Source: the human T2T-CHM13v2.0 reference genome, Homo sapiens. From it: 64,000 nucleotides of DNA. Positions 46,820 through 64,000 of this stretch are shown here, one piece after another (the stretch's first letter is position 1; every line of letters starts with the position of its first letter). Under the pieces are notes generated by a model. It did no database searches. It had not been told where the DNA came from and saw nothing but the letters and a program-made list of their open reading frames with translations. The position numbers and the translations under genes were made by a program. Where the stretch lies: NCBI RefSeq assembly GCF_009914755.1, contig NC_060925.1; one strand, 5' to 3'.

Positions 46820-47077
46820 TGATCCGCCCGCCTTGGCCTCCTGAAGTGCTGGGATTACAGGTGTGAGCCACTGTGCCCGACTGGTGGGAAGAATCTTCTA
46901 TGGCTTAAAAAACAAACGTAGGCTGGGTGTGGTGGCTCAGGCCGGGTATGGTGGCTCATGCCTGTAATCATCCCAGCACTCTGGGAGGTTGAGGCGGGTG
47001 GATCACCTAAGGTCAGGAGTTCGAGACCAGCCTGACCAACATGGAGAAACCCCATCTCTACTAAAAACACAAAATTA

Positions 47078-48103
<1,026 letters not shown>

Positions 48104-48644
48104 TTTAAGTTCCAAATAAGGCATCAGTGTAGCGGAGGTCCTCTAATCTGTCTGGTTGGCAAAGCACCTAGTAGTTTACAGTACAGAAGAAGCTTTAAAA
48201 ATGCTTTTAATTTGTATAAAGTGCAAAGAAAAAGAATATTGAGAAGCACATGAAAGAATATAAAATGGCTAGAGCCTAAAAAATAAGCTAATATACACGC
48301 ATAGGGACACATCTGCATATTTGAGCATACAGAGACATGTAAATACTCAGGAGAGAAATTTGCTTTTCCTCATAACTTATTTTGTGTTTCTCCAAAACCT
48401 GAAGAGTAGATAACAGCTGACAGTTACTCCCCTCTGAGTGTGACAAGAGGTCACGCACAGGGAGGGCCTCTAGCTGCCATTTCCTGTTGCTTCCCTGGTC
48501 AAACAACGCAGGCGGCTAAGTCACTTTAGGAAACGCTCAACAGGGCTCCCATTGTTCCAACCTCAAAATTCCGAGATACAACGGGCCCCATTAATACAGA
48601 CAGCTTACAGGCTGGGGGATGGTCCCTTAGTGTGCAGTCCACTT

Positions 48645-48650
48645 TTTATT
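48645..48650 (-). terminator. LZIC: AATAAA poly(A) signal, proximal LZIC 3' end
   Basis: tttatt on plus strand about 660 nt downstream of the stop codon, in non-repeat sequence. Confidence 0.7.
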
Positions 48651-49307
48651 GGGACACTGAATTTTCAAAAACACTGACTTGCACAAATAGTGTTAATTAT
48701 TTTTTTTAAATGGTACAGAAATAAAATTCAAAAGATACTAAACTGGGAGTCAGGACACCTGAGTCTTACCCTCAGCTCTCTGATGCGACTTTAAGCAAAG
48801 TCGCTTGCTCTTTCTGGACCTCAGTTTCCTTGTTTGTAAAAACAGAAATGATTTCTAAGATCACTCAGAATTGTAAAATTCTATGAACACTTATGAAGTC
48901 TATTGAGCTTGCGTCACTGTTCACTCCAATGAGTGGGGATAAGTTGTAAGCAGAAAAATATCATTACTTCACATCTTTTCGTTCACTATCAACACTTAAA
49001 AACAAACAGCCTTAATAAAAATCAAGTCCACTTTGTTTTCTCTCTTAAACAGACAAATCATAACGAACAGAGTCCAGTGAGTCCCTCTGTCGCAACAAGT
49101 TCAGGATCACTCAAGCAGGTAACCGCACACAACGCACAATGATGAAGAGCATAAACACAAGCCATAAGTATATTTTTATGTCGCTTTTTCTTAGGTTATT
49201 GATGCATTTCCAGAATCTCTTCATTTCTTTGCAATAACTGAAAACCCCAGAAGAAAGACACCATTTACATTAAGAATGTGATCAATGTTACAAGCTTCTG
49301 CACCATG

Positions 49308-49366
49308 TCATTTTTTTGTTTTTTCAACCTCAAAACTTGCCAGAGCAAGAATTTTGTCTCCAGAGC
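49308..49366 (-). CDS. LZIC: LZIC last coding exon (GSGDKILALASFEVEKTKK*)
   Basis: ttttttcttag| acceptor, TGA at 49308-49310; the six exons sum to 573 nt = 190 aa + stop. Confidence 0.96.
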
Positions 49367-49814
49367 CTAAGAAAAAAGACACATAATAAACAAAAAGATT
49401 ATTTCAAGTGCAGTTGCAATTCCTGGTAAAGTGGGAAAAAATCTATCATATAGATATTAAAACAGAAAATATAATTAGCCTCCATTATCAGTGTATTAAC
49501 CCCTACACGTTCCCATTGCCATCCCAATTTCCTTCCCTCTGCACAAACAATCCAGCTACAAAGGGGGACTTATTAGTTATAAATCCTTATTCTAGCTATG
49601 AAATATAATATGTAAAATTTAATTTATTTATTTATTTATTTTTTTGAGATGGAGTTTCGCTCTTGTCGCCCAGGCTGGAGTGCAGTGGTGCGATCTCGGC
49701 TCACTGCAACTTCCACCTCCTGGGTTCAAGCAATTATCCTTGCCTCAGCCTCCCTAGTAGCTGGGATTACAGGCACGTGCCACCATGCCCAGCCAATTTT
49801 TGTGTTTTTGGTAG

Positions 49815-49928
<114 letters not shown>

Positions 49929-50142
49929 TAAAATTTATTTTAAAACATTTCTGTGAAAAAAAAAAATAAAGAAAGAAGAAATATTTTTTGCGGGGAGACA
50001 GGTCTTGCTCTGTCACCCAGGCTGGAGTACAATGGCATGATCTTGGCTCACTGCAGCCTCAAATATCTGGGTTCAAGTGATCCTCCTGCCTCAGCTTCTC
50101 AAGTAGCTAGAACTGTAAGTGCATGCCACCACATCTAGCTAA

Positions 50143-50376
<234 letters not shown>

Positions 50377-50722
50377 TAGCCAGGATGGTCTCGATCTCCT
50401 GACCTCGTGATCTGCCCGCCTCGGCCTCACAAAGTGCTGGGATTACAGGTGTGAGCCACCGCACCCGGCCTTGGCCTCCCGCTTTTTAATTTTGAAGACA
50501 AAGGGTCTCACCATGTTGCCCAGGCTGGTCTAGAACTCCTGGCCTCAAGCATATAATTTTAGTTTTCTGTTATAGTTACGTCTACCTGACAAGTATTTTA
50601 AAAACATTAGGCTGCATTAATTTATTTTTAATATTGGGGAATAAAACCAATACAATGGATTTATAAAGAAAACAATTCTGGTTTCACTCTTAAACTCAAG
50701 GAAAGGTTATTATGTTATTTCA

Positions 50723-50881
<159 letters not shown>

Positions 50882-51088
50882 CTAAACAAAATGAAACAAA
50901 GTCCAGTTGAGTGGGTAAATGTTACAGGTGGTTCTAGAAACCAGGTAAGAATGTCTTAGGAGGCTGGGCACCGTGGCTCACGCCTGTAATCCCTGCACTT
51001 TGGGAGGCGTGGGGGGGGGGGGGTGGATCACATGAGGTCAGCAGTTTGAGACCAGCCTGGCCAACATGATGAAACCCCATTTCTATTA

Positions 51089-51295
<207 letters not shown>

Positions 51296-51387
51296 TCACA
51301 CCTGCAATCCCAGCTCTTTGGGAGGCCGATGTAATCCCAACACTTTGGGAGGCTGTGGCGGGCGGATCACCTGAGGTCAGGAGTTCA

Positions 51388-51805
<418 letters not shown>

Positions 51806-51942
51806 CTAAAACGTATGAATGCAAGGCATATGTTACTTAAGTGAAAAACATTCCATATACAAAATATAGCTTTTCAGGCCAGGCGCAGTGGCTCACGCCT
51901 ATAATCTCAACACTTTGGGCGGATCACGAGGCGGGCGGATCA

Positions 51943-52406
<464 letters not shown>

Positions 52407-53650
52407 TTACACATATTACTTCATTTAATCCTCATAAGAACCATAAGAGGTAAGGACTATCTTTGTCATGTTTTTACAGACAGAGAAACCTAGGCACAAA
52501 GGGGATGAATAAAATAAGTTGTCCAGGCCAGGTACAGTGGCTCATGCCTGTAATCCCACCACTTTGGAAGGCTGAGGTGGGTGGATTGCTTGAGCTCAGG
52601 AGTTCAAGACTATCCTGGCCAACATGGTGAAACCCTGTCTCTATGAAAAATACAAAAATTAGTGGGGTGTGGTGGTGTTGTGCCTGTGGGCCCAGATACT
52701 TGAGGGGCTGAGATGGGAGACGCTTGAGCCCAGGAGACAGAGGCTACAGTGAGCCGAGATTGCATTACTACACTGAGCCTGGGTGACAAAGTAAGACCCT
52801 GCCTCAAAAACAACAACAACAAAAAAAAACAAAAAACAAACAAAAGGCTAGGCGCAGTGGCTCCCATCTATAATCCCAACACTTTGGGAGGCTGAGGCGG
52901 GCAGATCACTTGAGGTTAGGAGTTCAAGACCAGCCTTGACAACATGGTAAACCCCATTTCTACTAAAAATACAAAAATTAGCCAGGCGTGGTGGCATGTG
53001 CCTGCTGTAGTCCCAGCTACTCAGGAGGCTGAGGCAAGAGAATCACTTGAACCCAGAGGCAGAGGTTGTACTGAACCGAGATTGCGCCACTGCCCTCCAG
53101 CCTGGGCAACAGAACAAGACCCCATCTCAAAAAAAAAAAAAAACATAAAAAACTTGTCACATACCTCAGTAGTGAAGCAGGGATTCAAATCCAGCCAGTC
53201 TGACCAAAGTCCATGCTCTGAATCACTATGCTACTGAATTGCCCATACTTACAAATAATTTGGTAACTCTTAATTACATCCAAGCCTATAAACAGACTTC
53301 TGGAAGTATCAGGTTTACAAAGATACTTGAAATTCTTAGATGAGATAGGCTACACATGCATACAAGCAATGCTGCTAATTAATTCTCAATGTGATTTTAA
53401 GTTAGAGCTCCAGAAGTAAATGGTAAAACATTAAAGGTGGAGTCCAGGTAGAAGTGGTCAGTGGCAATTTAAACTGCCGTATATTGTTTAAAGCTCTACA
53501 TTCATTATCAACTATAATTGCTCAAAGTACTAATTTTGTCAGAAAATTGTTAGTTGTGGCTCTAAAATCACCTGGCAAATTTTTAAGCCATAGGATATCA
53601 TAATGAATTGGCCTAGGAAATGAAAAACACACAGCAACCAAATCAATTTA

Positions 53651-53761
<111 letters not shown>

Positions 53762-54222
53762 CTAGAAACACAAGAAGGCAAAAACTAACCAAAATAGTCC
53801 AACAAATCAGATATTGCAATAACTGATTGACGGATCCTTAATTTTTATCAAGGTTTACTGGTTCCTGTCATGGAAGCAATTACACAACTAAATGAAGATC
53901 TGGAAGGATATGTTGTGTATGCATAAACAGACACTCATCTAGAAGTTACACCTTGGGAGGCCAAGGCAGGAGGATTGCTTGAGCCCATGAGTTTGAGACC
54001 AGCCTTGGAAATGTAGCAAGACCCCATCTCTAAAAAAAAAAAACTAAAGGCCAGGCACAGTGGCTCACGCTTGTAATCCCAGCACTTTGGGAGGCCAAGG
54101 CAGACAGATACCTGAGGTTGGGAGTTCAAGACCAGCCTGACCAACATGGAGAAACCCCGTCTCTACTAAAAATACAAAATTAGCTGGGTATGGTGGCACA
54201 TGCCTGTAATCCCAGCTCCTCA

Positions 54223-54602
<380 letters not shown>

Positions 54603-54869
54603 TTAGAGAAAGACTGAAGGGAAATATCAAAATGCTGATGGTGAATGTGTTCACATAGTAGTAGTGAGGGCATTTTCCTGCAATATAGTTACTTTGGTAA
54701 ACATTTTTCTTTTACCAAAATGAGGATACTTAAGAAACCACATAATAAAGCAGGGTGCCGTAGCTCACACCTGTAATCCCAGCACTTTGGAAGGCTGAGA
54801 TGGGCAGATCACCTGAGGTCAGGAGTTCGAGGCCAGCCTAGCCAACATGGTAAAACCCCGTCTCTACTA

Positions 54870-55088
<219 letters not shown>

Positions 55089-55417
55089 CTACATGCCAGA
55101 AGTTCAAGTAGTACCTTCTTAGCCTGACAGCAGGTAGGACTGATTTAAATACTAAAGACAAAGTAGGTGTTATTTCTACTTCAAGGAAGGTAAGTATTTT
55201 GCTCAAGTTCACATGCACTTAGTAGTTAACTGAATGACTTTCATTTCCCAGCCTTTATGACTCCAAAGCCTGCAATAAGTTTACTTCTCTAATAGACAAA
55301 GCACTGCAAAGAACACTACAGGGGAATGCAGAATCATCACACATGGGCCTGCATCCACGGAGCTAGCTGCAGAAAAAACGCCAGTTTCCAGCATAACAAC
55401 ATACAATTAAACTCTTA

Positions 55418-61158
<5,741 letters not shown>

Positions 61159-61528
61159 TAATTATATATGATTTTATTATAATACGTTATCTCCTCTGAC
61201 TAAACTCTGGAGAACAGAATATGAGTCTGATTCCTCTCTCAGCTTTCTCAGTACCTAATACAGAATAGAACGTCGATAATTTGGTCACGTATATAAAGGC
61301 TCAACATATTTTAAGGAGCTAAAGCTATTCTGAATACATTTCAGTAAAAATGGGTGCATTTTAAAAGCCTTAACCTGGTACTACATTAGTTGAGATTTAT
61401 CCCCGAAAGATTAACTCGTTGGCACCACCTAGTAGTCACTAAATGTGGTGCACTTTTCACTTTTACGAAACTACAGAAACCGCTCTCAGACACTATATCT
61501 GGAGCGGAGGGTCCTCATTCATGCTCAC

Positions 61529-61687
61529 CTGTCTCTTAGTACTCTGATCTCTGCACAGTGCCGACCGGTCTCAAATTGCACAAACCTCCAGTTCTTGACG
61601 TTCCGAGTGTCATAAACTTGAGGAAAATGAAATTATTCATCAGGACTACAAAAGGCTCAAAGTTCAAACCACCTCGGGGTGGAGATG
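61529..61687 (-). other. LZIC: LZIC 5'UTR exon (159 nt) containing a uORF
   Basis: Acceptor tccttttttccag at 61688 and donor CAG|gtgagc at 61528; lies between the promoter and the first coding exon. Confidence 0.85.
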
Positions 61688-62253
61688 CTGGAAAAAAGGA
61701 AACCATTAACAAGTAATTTTATTTGCTATATATAAACTTGCCCTAAGGCAGTCCAGATAACTTCCACTTGAGCAGCCTGAGACATCAAGGGCGGGGGCAC
61801 TTTCCCCCTCGACTGCGCCTACCGCAGCCTTTCTGAGTTTCTTCCTAGCGAGGCCGAGAGGGTCTTTGAGGAAAATCCCGCATCCGGACACGCCTTGAGG
61901 GATGGCGTCAAACCCAGAGGCTTGGAAAAGGTAAGGGCGGAGAGCACGCCTCTTCCTTGAAAGTGAGGAGGGTTTGGCCCAGAACCAACAGGACTGGGTG
62001 AAGAATCAGCTCCGGCCACCGCAGCAAATCCCACCCCACGCGGGAACTTGAAGTCCGGCACGTAGGTCCCGCGGCGGCCGGGCTCCAACAGGCCCCAATT
62101 GCCACCAGAGGTAGCCGTAAACCCATGGTCCCCGAAACTCCTTCCGGGCCTACCTGACAAAAACTGAGACAACCTCCTTAGGCCCCCGGGATTCCCCCTG
62201 TGCCGCCTGACCGCCCGCCAGTCCCAGAGTTTAGGGCCAGGGGCCCCGCCTAC

Positions 62254-62310
62254 CTGAGGGCACTGGCCTGGCGGACCGCGCCGGGGGAGCACTTCCGCTG
62301 GACGCACGCA
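62254..62310 (-). other. LZIC: LZIC first non-coding exon (5' end approximate)
   Basis: Donor CAG|gtaggc at 62253 inside the CpG island; alternative donors at 62153 and 61822. Confidence 0.6.
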
Positions 62311-62349
62311 CTTCCGGCCCCCTGGAACCAATGAGAGTGCGACCGAGAT

Positions 62350-62420
62350 GTTCCACTCGCTGGCGTCCGGGCCGCTGGTGATCTCCGGTAGCACTCGGGC
62401 CGGCGGACAGTGAGGGCGCG
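62350..62420 (+). other. NMNAT1: NMNAT1 non-coding exon 1 (start approximate)
   Basis: Sequence ...GGCCGGCGGACAGTGAGGGCGCG matches the NMNAT1 5'UTR as I recall it; donor GCG|gtaagc at 62421; head-to-head with LZIC. Confidence 0.85.
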
Positions 62421-62877
62421 GTAAGCTCCCCGCAAGGAGCCCCTGAGAAACTGGTCGCTTTTTGTCCTAGATATAGGGGAGTCCAGGATGGTGTGGTGGA
62501 GTCTTTAGAGTCGAATATGACCCGAGGCAAGCTCATATTCAGGTTTGGGGCAAGGAGCTTTGATTGACCCTTAATTTTTTCAGTGGAACGGAAAACTTCG
62601 GTAAAATAGCTTCTGACCTTCGGAACAGATGGATTCACCTTGGAAAGGAAAAATCTCTTTCTAGAAGAGTCTTGAGGTCTGGCACCTTTAGGCTTAACGG
62701 GGGACGGCTGGGCGTCAGAGGAGGAAATCCTTCATTCCGAACGACTTCCCTTTCCTCCTAAATCCTTCTTTCCAAATCTGTAAAAGACTACATCTACTTT
62801 GCTGGAGGTGGTTTGACACTCATGCTCCTTGAGAAGGAGGTAATGAGCTGTAGGGCAGCTCTTAAAAAGTTACCCTT

Positions 62878-64000
<1,123 letters not shown>

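Larger units (their letters stand above)
61790..62450. promoter_or_regulatory. CpG island, LZIC/NMNAT1 bidirectional promoter
   Basis: CpG-rich; tandem ETS/GABPA-type GCACTTCCG at 62289-62297 and 62308-62316; CCAAT at 62328-62332; no TATA box. Confidence 0.9.

Noticed and set aside
51011-51023. G13 run within an Alu
   Set aside because: Local slippage in an Alu left arm; no evidence of function
61422-61435. CTCF-like motif (ctactaggtggtgc on the minus strand), and a weaker one near 48465
   Set aside because: Mismatches at core positions; cannot be supported without ChIP data
61819-62394. 191-aa minus-strand ORF over the LZIC/NMNAT1 promoter
   Set aside because: Non-ATG start, CpG-island artefact, runs through splice donors

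Overview
Primate (human-like) genomic DNA, very Alu-dense (roughly 90-100 Alu copies or fragments by eye), recognisable as the CTNNBIP1-LZIC-NMNAT1 locus (human 1p36). It contains the 5' non-coding part of CTNNBIP1 (minus strand: CpG-island promoter and exon 1 near 29.0-29.2 kb, and a 34-nt exon at 2630-2663). It also contains the complete LZIC coding sequence (minus strand, 6 coding exons, 573 nt, 190 aa), its 5'UTR exons, poly(A) signals and a candidate alternative last exon, and the LZIC/NMNAT1 bidirectional CpG-island promoter with NMNAT1 exon 1 (plus strand). Almost all ORFs in the supplied track are Alu-derived or GC-rich noise. The most notable unexplained signal is in the CTNNBIP1-LZIC interval (33.4-41.5 kb, plus strand). 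There, seven non-repeat segments read as the decayed exons of a lost gene of about 580-600 aa, with a signal peptide, recurring Cys-containing motifs, mostly phase-compatible splice sites and a C-terminal hydrophobic tail. This candidate unitary pseudogene was reconstructed by hand and is untested by homology search. Its last exon is overlapped on the opposite strand by the candidate alternative LZIC terminal exon.
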